Positions 39,551-51,882 of a stretch of DNA of 64,000 nucleotides are shown one piece after another (position 1 is the stretch's first letter; each line of letters opens with the position of its first letter). The stretch is from Heterodontus francisci. Taxonomy: Eukaryota. Location: the NCBI RefSeq assembly GCF_036365525.1, contig NW_027142325.1, positions 124,001 to 188,000 on the forward strand, in the 5' to 3' direction. The translations under genes were made by a program, and so were the position numbers. The notes under the pieces were generated by a model that was given only the letters and a program-made list of their open reading frames with translations, did no database searches and was not told the DNA's origin.

Positions 39551-39725
39551 NNNNNNNNNNNNNNNNNNNNNNNNNNNNNNNNNNNNNNNNNNNNNNNNNN
39601 NNNNNNNNNNNNNNNNNNNNNNNNNNNNNNNNNNNNNNNNNNNNNNNNNNNNNNNNNNNNNNNNNNNNNNNNNNNNNNNNNNNNNNNNNNNNNNNNNNNN
39701 NNNNNNNNNNNNNNNNNNNNNNNNN
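39551..39725. other. Assembly gap (N run) at a (CA)n microsatellite within an LTR
   Basis: The sister LTR has (CA)n at the equivalent position (32513-32533). Confidence 0.95.
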
Positions 39726-41047
39726 AAGCAGAGTTGGGAGGTTGGAATCGAGTCCTTTATAAATGGAATGTAAATACTGAGTCTCAGTCCCAGAGTTTTT
39801 AGTTGAAATTGCAGTCCTGAAGATCTCGCTGGGCCATGTGCACGGGTCAGGCTGGTTACTCAGGTTCTGGAAGGCAGGAGAGAGACTTTATCCTTGTCCC
39901 CCGGTTGCTGACTGTAAGGATCTGTAGACTTGTCTTCCACCAGACGCAGATTGAGGCTTCTCAGGATCTCTACTAGAGAGAGAGAGAGAGACAGAGATGC
40001 TGTTCCCTTGCTGGATCCCAGTGACTGTCTGACTTCTGAGTCACCAATCACAAATCTCTTGAGTGGGCCAAGCAGTCATGTGATGTGACCACCACTTTAT
40101 GTCTGAATCAGCATCTTCCGGAATGATCTTTGAAATTCAGGGCTCTCCTCCTAGCTGTTCAGACATACTTGGCAGGGGAGATTTGACTCTTTCAATGTCA
40201 ATGGGTGTCGATGGCTTTTGATGACCCCTCATTGATAAGGTCATCCCAGATAAGTGAATCAGAGAGCACCCCATTGTTCTGACTAGGCTGAGTAATCATA
40301 TCTGTCTCCAGACTGATTCTTTGGTATTTCATATGCAAATTGTGCTTGGCCATCTGGGCTGCTAGCTGTTCAGTTTTTAAAAGTTATTTGTAACAATGTC
40401 CAGTACAAGTCTCAGGCCAAGTTCCATGCGATAAAACTAATATTTCCATTTGGCATGTGGGATTTCCATCACAGGGTTTTCAAATCTTCAATACTTAATC
40501 AATTTAACTTATCATATGACATGTCTCCCTGCTCTTCTGCATGAAATGCGTCCTTTTGTTTCTCGCACCCGAGAAAAGAAATGAATGATATGAGAAAACC
40601 TGTTTGTTCAATTTTCACAGTTTTAGAGATCCATTTTCCTCCCATTTCCAAATATTTTATTTAAGCAGTTCAGAATCCCAGCTTTGAGCCCCCATTTTGG
40701 TATGGACAGGTGGTAACTTGTGTGGGTGGCTTCCAATTTTCACCTCCCAACTGATTGCGATTGTGTTTTCTTAAAAATGGTGCATTTTTAGGGCCAAATA
40801 AACTGACAAACGATAGTTTTCTTGTAGGTTAAAAAAACACCTATTTTCTTTGGAACAATTCCTGAAATGGTCGCAACCTTCACCCACTCGCACATTCACA
40901 CATACACAAGAATAGATAGAGAGAAAAAGGTCGGATGCATTTAAAGTCCAAGGTAATATAAAACTTTGTGGATTACAGAATGCTGTTGAATCATCTGGGG
41001 AGAAAAGTCTTCTTTTAAAGGTACAGGCCTGGTTGTCTGCTTGCTCT

Positions 41048-41362
41048 TTATTTATTTATTTAGAGATACGGCACTGGAACAGGCCCTTCGACCCACCGAG
41101 TCTGTGCTGACCGACAACCACCCATTTTATACTAATCCTACATTATCCCCATATTCCCTACCACATCCCCACCATTCTCCTACCACCTACCTACACTAGG
41201 GGCAATTTACCTATCAACCTGCAAGTCTTTGGCTGCGAGAGGAAACCGGAGCACCCGGCGGAAACCCACAGGGAGAACTTGCAAACTCCGCACAGGCAGT
41301 ACCCAGAACTGAACCTGGGTCGCTGGAGCTGTGAGGCTGCGGTGCTAACCACTGCACCACCC
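41048..41362 (-). mobile_element. tRNA-derived SINE (HE1/V-SINE type)
   Basis: Reverse complement of the 63053 family, with a (TAAA)n tail. Confidence 0.85.
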
Positions 41363-42224
41363 TAAATGAACTTAATTCAATTAATTAATTAATTGAATTT
41401 AAATTCCACCAGCTGCCATGTTGGGATTTGAACCCATGTCCCCAGGACATTAGCCTGGACCTCTGGATTGCTAGTCCAGTGACATTACCACTACGCCACC
41501 ATCTCTCCATTTTTTCTCTCCATCTTGCTGAGGTGTTGTACAGTTCTATTGGTTAAAACTCAGCCCAAGGTTGGTGGTGTGAATTTGGTTTACCTTCACA
41601 GATGGAGAGTCTTAAAGTCACTTTGTAATTTCTCTGCTGTAATGGTTGTTCAGTTCTTGCTCAGCAGGGTTCTGCTTAGCTGGATCTCTCTCTCAGCCTC
41701 TGGCTGGAAACTGGCTTTCGGTGGTCTTGTCTGGATCTTCCTCTCTCTCCAGAGGGCTACCAATTAAGGTCAAAATCCATCACATTTGACTTTCTGTTAG
41801 GTGGTGCATGGCCCTGTTCCCTGGTGTGAGCACACAATGGACCAGGATGTAGAAACCATGGCTATCTATTGACGTCTGAATGGGAATCATTCTGTTATAA
41901 TGATGCTACTTAACTCATTCATTTTGGTTTGGGCTGTGAGTCAGTCTGTCTTCTGAACCTTTTGTTAGTTCATGCAGGTAGATAGGAGTCATCAATATGC
42001 AATGGGTTCTCCCAGAGCTATTTCAGATGAAGTTAACAAGTTTAACCCTCCACAGACGGAACTGTGTATTGTCAACACAAGAGGGGGTTCACGTGATCAC
42101 TACTCCATATTGTCTGTGCAATAATTGTCCTTGTTCTTGTGGTTCAGTGTAAAAGTTGACTTTTTATTTTCATAATTCCTCCAATTCATTGTTTATTTCA
42201 ACACAGCTCCTTCCAAGCATGTGA

Positions 42225-42575
42225 GGAGAGACTGAAGAAGCTGGCATTGTCCCCTTAGAGCAGAGAAGGTTGAGGGAGATTTAGTCGAGGGGTTTAAAAA
42301 CATTGAGGAGTTTTGATAGCGTAAATCATGAGAAACTGTTTCCATTGGCAGGAGGGTGATATTTTCTTACAGAGTGAGTTCAGATGATCTGGAATGCAGT
42401 GACTGAAAGGCTGGTGGAAACAGATTCAATACCAACCATCAAAAGGGAATTGGATAAATACTTGAAGGGTAAATATTGCAGAACCATGGAGAAAGAGTAA
42501 AGGTGTGGGACGAATTAGATATCTCTCTCAAAGAACCAGCACAGGCATGATGGGGGAATGGCCTCCTGTGCTGTT
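42225..42575 (+). mobile_element. CR1 3' remnant (continuation of 15245-15312)
   Basis: ERLKKLALSPLEQRRLR-type RT C-terminus and gaatggcctcctgtgctgt tail. Confidence 0.75.
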
Positions 42576-43169
42576 TGATTTTATTTATAAAATAATGGAT
42601 AGCTGGAAGTGAATTACAGCCTAGAATCTAATCGAGAGTTCTGGGGATTGAAAATCCTGTCCTGTTGCACTGACAGTGGGATATTGCTCATCAGACACAG
42701 CGCTCTCTGATGACCTCAGGATTTAATACAGGATCAGCTCATTTACATACGGAACAACAAATAATATAATGGAGGTGTTTTAGATGATGGAAGTATTTAA
42801 CAATTTCCTCTGGTGGGGGAATTACAGAACAAGGGAGCATAACCTTAGATTTATAGTTAGGCTGTTCAAGGGTTATGTCAGTAAGAACTTCACACAAAGG
42901 GTGACGAGACATTTCCTGCGACACTTGCTGAGACATTTGTTAATAAGACCTGCCTGTTTGAAGTCTGTGCCATGAAATTTATTCATGTAGTGTTGCCTCT
43001 TGTGGTGCTCTGCAGGCTGCCCTTGCTTCCCGGAGACAGGCAGTCCCACAGGTCACTACCTGTGTGACCCCATGCCCCGTTCTTCATTGATATGTGCGCA
43101 AGCAGCAGCATCCCCTGCCAGGGCCTGAACACGTTGAATTGGCACCATCCTGAAGACAACTGGCTGATG

Positions 43170-43490
43170 TAACGTCAGGATTCCAAATTTGAACAGCCCA
43201 GATCCTGGTAACGCTGAATTGTCCACTCCTGAGCAAAGAAGCAAGATGGACTCTACAGCAGCTCCCCTGCTCTGCTTCAAGTAGTGCAGTGGGATCTTTT
43301 ACATCCACCTGAGAGCAGACAGGGCCTCGAGTTAACGTCTCACCCGAAAGACAGGACCTCCAACAGTGTAGCACTGCCTGAGTACTGGACTGGAGTGATT
43401 TTGTGCTGAAGCCTCTGGAATGGGCATTGAACAGACAGCTTTCTGATTGCAAAGTGAGAGTGCTACACACTAAGCCACAGCTCTCACTAT
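43170..43490 (-). mobile_element. Old SINE (SacSINE1/DeuSINE-like) fragment
   Basis: Same family as 48170-48480, in the opposite orientation. Confidence 0.6.
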
Positions 43491-43494
43491 AAAG

Positions 43495-45690
43495 GGTTAG
43501 CATAACTTCCCTGCTTTTGTAATCTATGTCACTATTTATAAAGCCCAGGATCCCATATAATTTTTAAAGACCATTATCCACTTCTCCTGCCACTAAGACA
43601 GATTTTTATATAGAAATGCCCAAGTCTCTTGTCCGAGCTGGAAGTGAATTACAGCCTAGAATCTAATCGAGAGTTTTGGGGACTGAAAATCCTGTCCTGT
43701 TGCACTGACAGTGGGACATTGCTGTTCAGACACAGCGCTCTCTACAGCCTCTTTAAAATTGTATTTTTTGTTATATTGCCTCTCCTCATTCTTCCTTCCA
43801 AAATGCATTATTGCACACTTCTCGGAATTAAATTTCATCTGCCATGTGTCTACCCATTTTACCAGTCTGTTTATGTCCTCCTGAATTCTTTACCATTCCC
43901 CTCATTTCTTTGTTTCGTGTCATCTGCAAACTTTGAAATTATGCCTTGTATACCAAAGTCCAGGTTATTACTTCATCAAAGAACTCAATCAAGTTGTCAG
44001 AAATTATTTGCCTTTAACAGATCTGTGCTGGCTGACATTTGTTAACCCATATTTTTCTAAGTGACAACTAGTTTTGTCTTAGATTATTGTCTGGAATAGT
44101 TTCTCCCCCACCCCACAGCCCCCAATCTACCCACTGACATTAGGCTGACTGGCCTGTAGTTATTAGGTTTATCCCTCTCCTCCTTTTTGAACAGGGGTGT
44201 AACATTTACAACCTGCCAGCCCTCTGGCATCACTCCCATATTGAAAGAGGATTGGACGATTGTAGCCACAGCTTCTGCTATTTCCATCCTTATCCCTCAG
44301 GAATCTAGGATGCTTCCCACATCTGGTCTGGGTGACTTTTCTACTTTGGACACTGCTAACCTTTCAAGTACTTCCTCTTTATCTCGTTTCTCCGAGTCAA
44401 TTTCTCTACTACCTCCTCCATTACTGTGACACCGGCAGCTTCCTCCTATTTTGGGGAGAAATGTTCATTCAGTACCTCAGCCATGCCCTCTGCCTCCACA
44501 CCATTTATTTTCTGGTCCCTAATCACCAGAACCTTTCCTCTGACTATCCATCTACTATGTTTAGAAAGGACTTTAGTGTTCCAGATGTTTATGCTTGTTG
44601 GAGGCCAATCATCTCAGGCCCAGATGCAGGAGATCCTCAGAGTAGTGTACCAGGTCCAACCATCTTCAGCTGCTTCATCAATGACCTTCTCTCCATCATA
44701 AGCTCTGAAGTGGGGATGATCCCTGATGATTGTGCAATGTTCAGCACCTTTTGTGACTCCTCAGAATCTGAAGCAGTTCAAGCCTGCATGTAGCAAGACA
44801 TGGACAACATTCAGGCTTGGGCTGATAAGTGGAAAGTAACATTCGCACCACAGAATTGCCAGGCAATGACCATCTCCAACAAGAGAGAATCTAACCATCA
44901 GCCCTTGACATTCTACAGCATTACCATCGTTGAATACTCCACCATCAACATCCTGGAGGGATTCAGAAGAAACTTAACTGGACCAGCCATATAAATACTA
45001 TGGCTACAAGAATAGATCAGAGATTGAGGGTGACAGTGGTTCAGTGGTGCTGTCACTGATGTAATAATCTAGAAGCCCAGGCTAATTCCCCTGGGGCATG
45101 TGTTCAAATCCCACCATAGCAGCTGGTGGAATTTAATTTCAAATAATTGAAAAGAATCTCAAAATAATTGCCACTTTCAAGAATGGTGCCATAAAACTAT
45201 TATCACTTGCCATTAACAAAAACATTTGGTTCACTAATGTCCTTGTCTGGCCTATAGGTGACTGCAAACCCACAGCAATGTGGTTGACTCTGAACTGCCC
45301 TCTGAAATAGCCCAGCAAGTCACTCAATTGTCTGGGGCAATTAGGGATGGGGAACAAATGCTGGCCTTGCCAGTGATGCCCACAGGAATTTAAAAAAAAC
45401 TTTATGTTACCCACTTATATTTTCTCATACATTCTCTTTGTCTTCTTTCCTTTTTCAGGTCTCCCAAACACTTTCAGTACTGACTCTCTTGGTATAATGA
45501 ATCAGACATTGATCATAAACCTTCTTTTCCTGTCCCATTTTAAACTCAATATCTTTAGTCATCCAAGAAGCTGTAGTATTGGATGTTCTTCCTTTCGCCA
45601 TCCTAGGAATGTTTTTAGCCTGTACCTGAAATATCTCCTCATTAAAGGCCCCCATTGCTCACATTCTGTTTCACCTGTCTATCTTGGTTT
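43495..45690 (-). mobile_element. Highly decayed CR1 fragments with a nested LINE/SINE piece
   Basis: Motifs MKFNSEKCAIMHFGRKN and NVTPLFKK...NYRPVSL. Confidence 0.7.
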
Positions 45691-45704
45691 TGAACCCATC
45701 AACT

Positions 45705-45890
45705 ATAAACCATCTGAACCCCTCTGTTATATTCCAGCCTGTAACTCACTGTTATTTATCCATTATTTAATGTACAAACTACCCAAACCCCTCTGTTATA
45801 TTCCAGCCTGTAACTCACTGTTATTTATCCATTATTCTATGTATAAACTACCCAAACCCCTCTGTTATATTCTAGCCTGTAACTCACTCG
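45705..45890. repeat. 69-bp tandem repeat, about 3 copies
   Basis: aacccctctgttatattccagcctgtaactcact recurs at 45717, 45786 and 45855. Confidence 0.9.
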
Positions 45891-46050
45891 TGTCTGATGT
45901 CTGTGTATAAACCATCCCAATCTGACCATATGATGTTATATCTGCTGTCACTAGATCACAATCAGTATATTGTCTCACAGTTTGATTTTGAAACAGTATT
46001 CTCTGTCCCTGTGCTGTTTTAACATTCTCGCTCTCTCTCTCTCTCCACAG

Positions 46051-46434
46051 AGGTTTCTGCTAATGGTTGGACAATGAGCACTGCGGATGATGTGAGTGTT
46101 GAGGAAGGAGGGTCCGCTGTCTTGCCGTGTACTTTCACCCACCCACACCCTGATCAGACGGTCACCGGCTCTGTGATATAGTACAAAGGCCGTTACAATG
46201 TTATTTTTAAGTGTACATATTCTGGTCCGGGCCATTCACAGAGTGAGCTGTGTGAGAATGTGATACAGCAGGACGGCGGGAATCGATTCAGATTCGTGGG
46301 GAACTTCAATAACAAAGATGTCTCAATAATGATGGAGCGGCTGATCCGGGCGGACAGCGGTCCTTATCAGTGTCGTGTGGAGCTCAATATTGGAAATATT
46401 AATGTACTGAAACTAACGAGTCTGAGAGTGGAAG
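46051..46434 (+). CDS. siglec15-like: Exon 2: Siglec-15-like Ig V-set domain with sialic-acid-binding Arg; premature TAG at 46179-46181
   Basis: Acceptor (ct)n ccacag| and donor G|GTGAGG. Reads VSANGWTMSTADDVSVEEGGSAVLPCTFTHPHPDQTVTGSVI*YKGRYNVIFKCTYSGPGHSQSELCENVIQQDGGNRFRFVGNFNNKDVSIMMERLIRADSGPYQCRVELNIGNINVLKLTSLRVE. Shares AVLPCTFTHPH, FxC...SELC, RFRxxGN and YxCRVE with Siglec-15. Confidence 0.9.
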
Positions 46435-47746
46435 GTGAGGAACAATGTTCAGGGGCTGCAGCTGCCCCGATAGCTCAATGGCTAAAGACTCCACCTGGTC
46501 TGGTCCTGAACCACATGGGTAAATAAACTCTCAGCAATCCCGGGCTTTGAAAGGGGAATATTGCCCGGGATTCCTGCTCCTGATCACTCTCCAGACACTC
46601 CTGCTGGAAGGTGTCTTATTGGACATTGAATAAGACAATGGGCCAGCATGTGATGCTCTCCACAGTCAAATAGTCCATTGCCACTCATTGACCAGGCTTG
46701 TGCTGTAAGGAAGGCCATCTGGGTGAGATCAGTAATAATATTTTAGGATAATGAGCTATTTCAGTTTGGACATTGGGTAAGTGCAGCATGTCCATCTCAG
46801 TCTCAGTGCTGTAGGCCTGCAGTGTCCAGCTCAAAGCTGATTGGACCTGTTCCACCACTTCATATATTCTCAGTGGAGAATTGGCGGGTGGATCACAGGG
46901 AGACGATGTCAATTGGGTCATTGCTGCTCAGCTCACACTTCAGGGCAGTACCGAGGGAGTGCTGCACTGGCTGAGGTGCCATTAGCCGCACCTTAACCTT
47001 CCCCCGATGTTGCCCCTCAAATCGATTGAATCTTCTGGGCATTTCTGGGACCAATGGGAAATGATATTTAACCGAGACAAATGCAGTGTGATGCGGGTAG
47101 GTAGGATCAACACGGAATTCACTGAACATTTACAGGGAATAATACAGAAAGTGGCTGAGAGAGAAAAGGATCGAGACTGTTAATGTACACACATCACTCA
47201 AAATTCACAACCAATGCAGTGAAGCCATTGACAAAACAAACAGGGCATTGGGTTGTATTAACAAAACCATTCAGTACAAGTCAAACCACTTCCCACTTTC
47301 TGCTAGTCTGAGAAACGTCCCTGACCTCTTACCCTCTGTTTCCTGTTTTGTCACCATCTTTCAATCTGTTCTGCTACCCGGCCCCCTGAGCCCACAATCC
47401 CTGGGATCTCCACTGGCTGAGTACTACACTGGGCAATGCCTCTACCTACTGGACCACAGGGAGAGCTCAGAACTGAAATAAATTAAAGTTCTCATCAAGA
47501 CCTGGATTTTGCTGCCTCACTGTGTGGTGGAGGGAGGTTCAATTGAAACATTTAAAAGGGAATTAGATTGAAATAAAGGAAGAATGTGCAGGGTTTTGGG
47601 GAGAAGGCGGGGGGAATAGCAGGAAGTGAATTGCTCTTTCGGTGAGCCGGTGCAGACATGTTGGGCTGAATGGTCTCCTTCTGCAGTGTAGCAATTCTGT
47701 GATCTGTGAAGACACTGATCCATTCTAATGTCTGTCCTTTCCTCAG

Positions 47747-48097
47747 CTGCTAGTGGAAATGTCTCAGTGGTGACTGGGACCGAGGGAGCTTCAGTTACAT
47801 TGCCCTGTATGTTCACACCCAGGAGTTACCGCACCCTGTCCACTGTTACATGGATGAAGAAGGAGCCCTACCAACACATAGTCACATTCAGAGCCCAATC
47901 AAATGGATCTTGGACAACTGCAAATGGTGGAAATCGGTACGAGCTCATCGGGAATCCACAGGAGGGAAACGCCTCAACCAGGATAAACCAGCTGAGTGTG
48001 AATGACAATCACACTTACCTGTGTCTAGTGGAATACACATCATTGGACAATTATCAATATCTGATCCAGACTGAGACACAGCTGCTGGTTGTACATG
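47747..48097 (+). CDS. Exon 3: second Ig V-set domain (no essential Arg)
   Basis: Acceptor tcctttcctcag| and donor G|GTAAGA. Motifs GASVTLPC...VTW...RYELIGNPQEGNASTRINQLSVNDNHTYLCLVEY. Open frame with N-glycosylation sequons NVS, NGS, NAS and NHT. Confidence 0.9.
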
Positions 48098-48169
48098 GTA
48101 AGAAACCATTCCCACATTCTCCAGTGTATCGAGGTTGTACAAGAGGGTGAGCAGTGTAATATAAAACAC

Positions 48170-48480
48170 TCATCAGCTGTGGCTCAGTGGTTATCACTCT
48201 CACCTCTGAGTCAGTCGGTTGTGGGTTCAAGACACTCCAATGCAATACTGATGGAATGTGACACTGTTTAAGGTACTGTGTATGAGAAGAGATATTAAAG
48301 TAAGGCCTTATCTGGAAGAGTATGGGAGTTGACCTAATGTCCTGGTCAATATTTATCTCTGAACCAACATCATCAAACCATAGTCTGATAATTATCTCAT
48401 TGCTGTTTATGGGATCTTGCTGTGTGCAAATTATCTGCTGTGTATCCTGCATTAAAACAGTGACTACACTTCAAAAACAA
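48170..48480 (+). mobile_element. Old SINE (SacSINE1/DeuSINE-like)
   Basis: tRNA-like head gtggctcagtgg...ggttcaag and Deu-like core gtcctggtcaatatttat...cattgctgtttatgggatcttgctgtg. Confidence 0.65.
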
Positions 48481-49194
48481 AGTTCTGTCATTCACTGACT
48501 TCCTGGCTGACCTGCATCTTAACTCCATTTAATGAACTTGTTTCTGGAACCCTTCCTACCCTTGTCGAACAAAATCTATCAATCTCAGTGTTGAAATTTT
48601 CAATACATTCCCAGCATCAATAGCTTTTCCAGGGAGAGTTTCAGATTTCCATTATCCTTTGTGTGAAGAAGTCCTTCCTGACATCACCCCAAACAGCCTA
48701 GCTCTAATTTGAAGGTTATGGCCCCTTGTTCTGGACTCTCCCACCAGAGGAAATAGTTTCTCTCTATCTGTCCGGTGCCAGGGATCGGGACATCGGCTCA
48801 GGGCTGGAGAGGAACTTGCAGTGGGAGGGGGAGGATCCAGTTGTCATCATCCCCATGGGTACCAACAACGTATTTATAGAACCAGGAAAAAGGTTCTGCA
48901 AAGCGAGTATGAGCAGCTAGAAGCTAAATTAAAAAGCAGGACCACAAAGGAAATAACCTCTGGGGTATTACCTGAGCCACGAGCATATTGGCGGAGGGTA
49001 AATAAGATTAGATAGTTAAATGCATCGCTCAAAGAGTGATGAGGGAGAACTGGGTTTTGATTTATGGGGCACTGGCACCTGTACTGGGGAATGTGGGAGC
49101 TGTACCGTTGGCACGGTCTTCATCTGAACCATGTTGGGACCAGTGTTCTGTCGAGTCATATAACTAGGGCAGTAGAGAGGGCTTTTACACTAAA

Positions 49195-51882
49195 AGGAAG
49201 GATGAATGAGAATGGACAGAGACTGCTTGAGTTGTGTACCTATCATAACCTCTGCATCACCAACTTGTTCTTTCACACTAAACCCTGTCACCAGGTTTCT
49301 TGGAGGCACCCAAGATCACGTCGTTGGCACCAGCTGGACCTCATCGTCACAAGGCGAGCCTCTCTAAACAGCGTTCAAATCACACGCAGCTTCCACAGTG
49401 CGGACTGCGACACCGACCACTCCCTGGTGTGCAGCAAAGTTAGACTCAAACCAAAAAAGCTGCATCACTCCAAGCAGTAGGGCCGCCCGCGCATCAACAC
49501 GAGCAGAATTTCTTATCCACAGCTGTTACATAAGTTTCTAAATTCACTTGAAAAAGCCCTTCAAAACACTCCCTCAGGGGATGCAGAGACCAAGTGGGCC
49601 CACATCAGAGACACCATCTATGACTCAGCAATGACCACCTATGGCAAACGTGTGAAGCAGAATGCAGACTGGTTTCAATCTCACTTTGAAGAGCTGGAAC
49701 CTGTCATAGCCGCTAAGTGCATTGCACTGCTGAACGACAAGAAAGCCCCCAGCGAGTTAACATCCGTAGCACTTAAAGCAGCCAGAAGCACTGCACAAAG
49801 AACAGTCAGGCGCTGCACAAATGACTACTGGCAACACCTATGCAGTCATATTCAGCTGGCCTCTGACACCGGAAACATCAGAGGAATGTTTGATGGCATT
49901 AAGAGAGCTTTTGGGCCAACCATCAAGAAGATCGCCCCCCCTCAAATCTAAATCAGGGGACACAATCACTGACCAAGGCAAGCAAATGGACCGCTGGGTT
50001 GAGCACTACCGAGAGCTGTACTCCAGGGAAAATGTTGTCACTGAGACCATCCTCAATGCAGCCCAGTCTCTGCCAGTCATGGATGAGCTGGATGTACAGC
50101 CATCAAAATCGGAACTCAGTGATGCCATTGATCCTTTAGCCAACGGAAAAGCCCCTGGGAAGGACGGCATTACCCCTGAAATAATCAAGAGTGCCAAGAC
50201 TGCTATACTTTCAGCACTGTACAAACTGCTTTGCCTGTGCTGGGATGAGGGAGCAGTACCACATGACATGCGCGATGCCAATATCATCAACCTCTGTAAG
50301 AACAAAGGTGACCGCGGTGAATGCAACAACTACTGTGAAATCTCCCTGCTCAGCATAGTGGGTAAAGTCTTCGCTCGAGTTGCTTTAAACAGGCTCCAGA
50401 AGCTGGCTGAGCGTGTCTACCCTGAGGCACAGTGTGGTTTTCGAGCAGAGAGATCCACCACTGACATGCTGTTCTCCCTTCGTCAGATACAGGAGAAATG
50501 CCGTGAACAACAGATGCCCCTCTACGTTGCTGTCATTGATCTCACCAAAGCCTTTGACCTCATCAGCAGACGTGGTCTCTTCAGACTACTAGAAAAGATC
50601 GGATGTCCACCAAAGCTACTAAATATCATCACCTCATTCCATGACAATATGAAAGGCACAATTCAGCATAGCGGCGCCTCATCAGACCCCTTTCCTATCC
50701 TGAGTGGCGTGAAACAGGGCTGTGTTCTCGCACCCACACTGTTTGAGATCTTCTTCTCCCTGCTGCTCTCTCATGTGTTCAAGTCTTCAGAAGAAGGAAT
50801 TTTCCTCCACGCAAGATCAGATGGCAGGTTGTTCAACCTTGCCCGTCTAAGAGCGAAGACCAAAGTACAGAAAGTCCTCATCAGGGAACTCCTCTTTGCT
50901 GACGATGCTGCTTTAACATCTCACACGGAAGAGTGCCTGCAGAGTTTCATTGACAGGTTTGCGGCTGCCTGCAATGAATTTGGCCTAACCATCAGCCTCA
51001 AGAAAACGAACATCATGGGACAGGACGTCAGAAATGCTCCATCCATCAATATCAGTGACCATGCTCTGGAAGTGGTTCAAGAGTTCACCTAGCTGGGCTC
51101 AACTATCACCAGTAACCTGTCTCTGGATGCAGAAATCAACAAGCGCATGGGAAAGGCTTCCACTGCTATGTCCAGACTGGCCAAGAGAGTGTGGGAAAAT
51201 GGCGCACTGACACGGAACACAAAAGTCCGAGTGTATCAAGCCTGTATCCTCAGTACCTTGCTCTACAGCAGCGAGGCCTGGACAAAGTATGTCAGCCAAG
51301 AGCGACGTCTCAATTCATTCCATCTTCACTGCCTCCGGAGAATCCTTGGCATCAGGTGGCAGGACCGTATCTCCAACACAGAAGTGTTCGAGGCGGCCAA
51401 CATCCCCAGCTTGTACACACTACTGAGTCAGCGGTACTTGAGATGGCTTGGCCATGTGAGCCGCATGGAAGATGGCAGGATCCCAAAGGACACATTGTAC
51501 AGCGAGCTCGTCACTGGTATCAGACCCACCAGCTGTCCATGTCTCCGCTTTAAAGACGTCTGCAAACGCGACATGACGTCCTGTGACATTATTCACAAGT
51601 CGTGGGAGTCAGTTGCCAGTGATCGCCAGAGCTGGCGGGCAGCCATAAAGGCGGGGTAAAGCGTGGCGAGTCGAAGATACTGAGCAGTTGGCCGGAAAAA
51701 GAACAGAAGCGCAAGGGGAGAGCCAACTGTGTAACAGCCCTGACAACCAATTTTATCTGCAGCGCCTGTGGAAGAGTCTGTCACTCTAGAATTGGCCTTT
51801 ATAGCCACTCCAGGCGCTGCTCCACAAACCACTGACCACCTCCAGGCGCTTACCCATTGTCTCTCGAGACAAGTAGGCCAAA
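49195..51882 (+). mobile_element. RTE-clade LINE (BovB-like), 5'-truncated
   Basis: Motifs NENGQRLLELC, DTDH, KAPGKDGI, QCGFRAERST, DLTKAFD, GVKQGC and FADD, plus a C-terminal C2H2-like motif. Several stops. Confidence 0.93.

Larger units (their letters stand above)
32238..40473 (-). mobile_element. LTR retrotransposon C (Gmr1-like gag, both LTRs, pol largely lost)
   Basis: Paired LTRs at 32238-33290 and 39277-40473, TSD AGGT/GGGT, PBS TGGGGGCTC at 39262-39270, gag remnant ~38050-39150. Inserted in the gag of element A. Confidence 0.88.
15313..42224 (-). mobile_element. Gmr1-like Gypsy LTR retrotransposon A (outer element, heavily nested and decayed)
   Basis: Related LTR ends at 15313 (tgttacagacaggtggtaa) and 40698 (tggtatggacaggtggtaa). 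GGAG duplication at 15309-15312 and 42225-42228 splits a CR1 remnant. PBS at 40686-40694; gag ~40530-40474 plus 32237-31000; protease ~30900-30640; integrase ~20950-20560 plus 19521-18600; RT ~18400-17400. Confidence 0.8.

Noticed and set aside
46051-48097. Immunoglobulin, TCR or IgNAR V gene segments
   Set aside because: Each exon includes its own G strand and ends in a splice donor. No RSS heptamer/nonamer follows.
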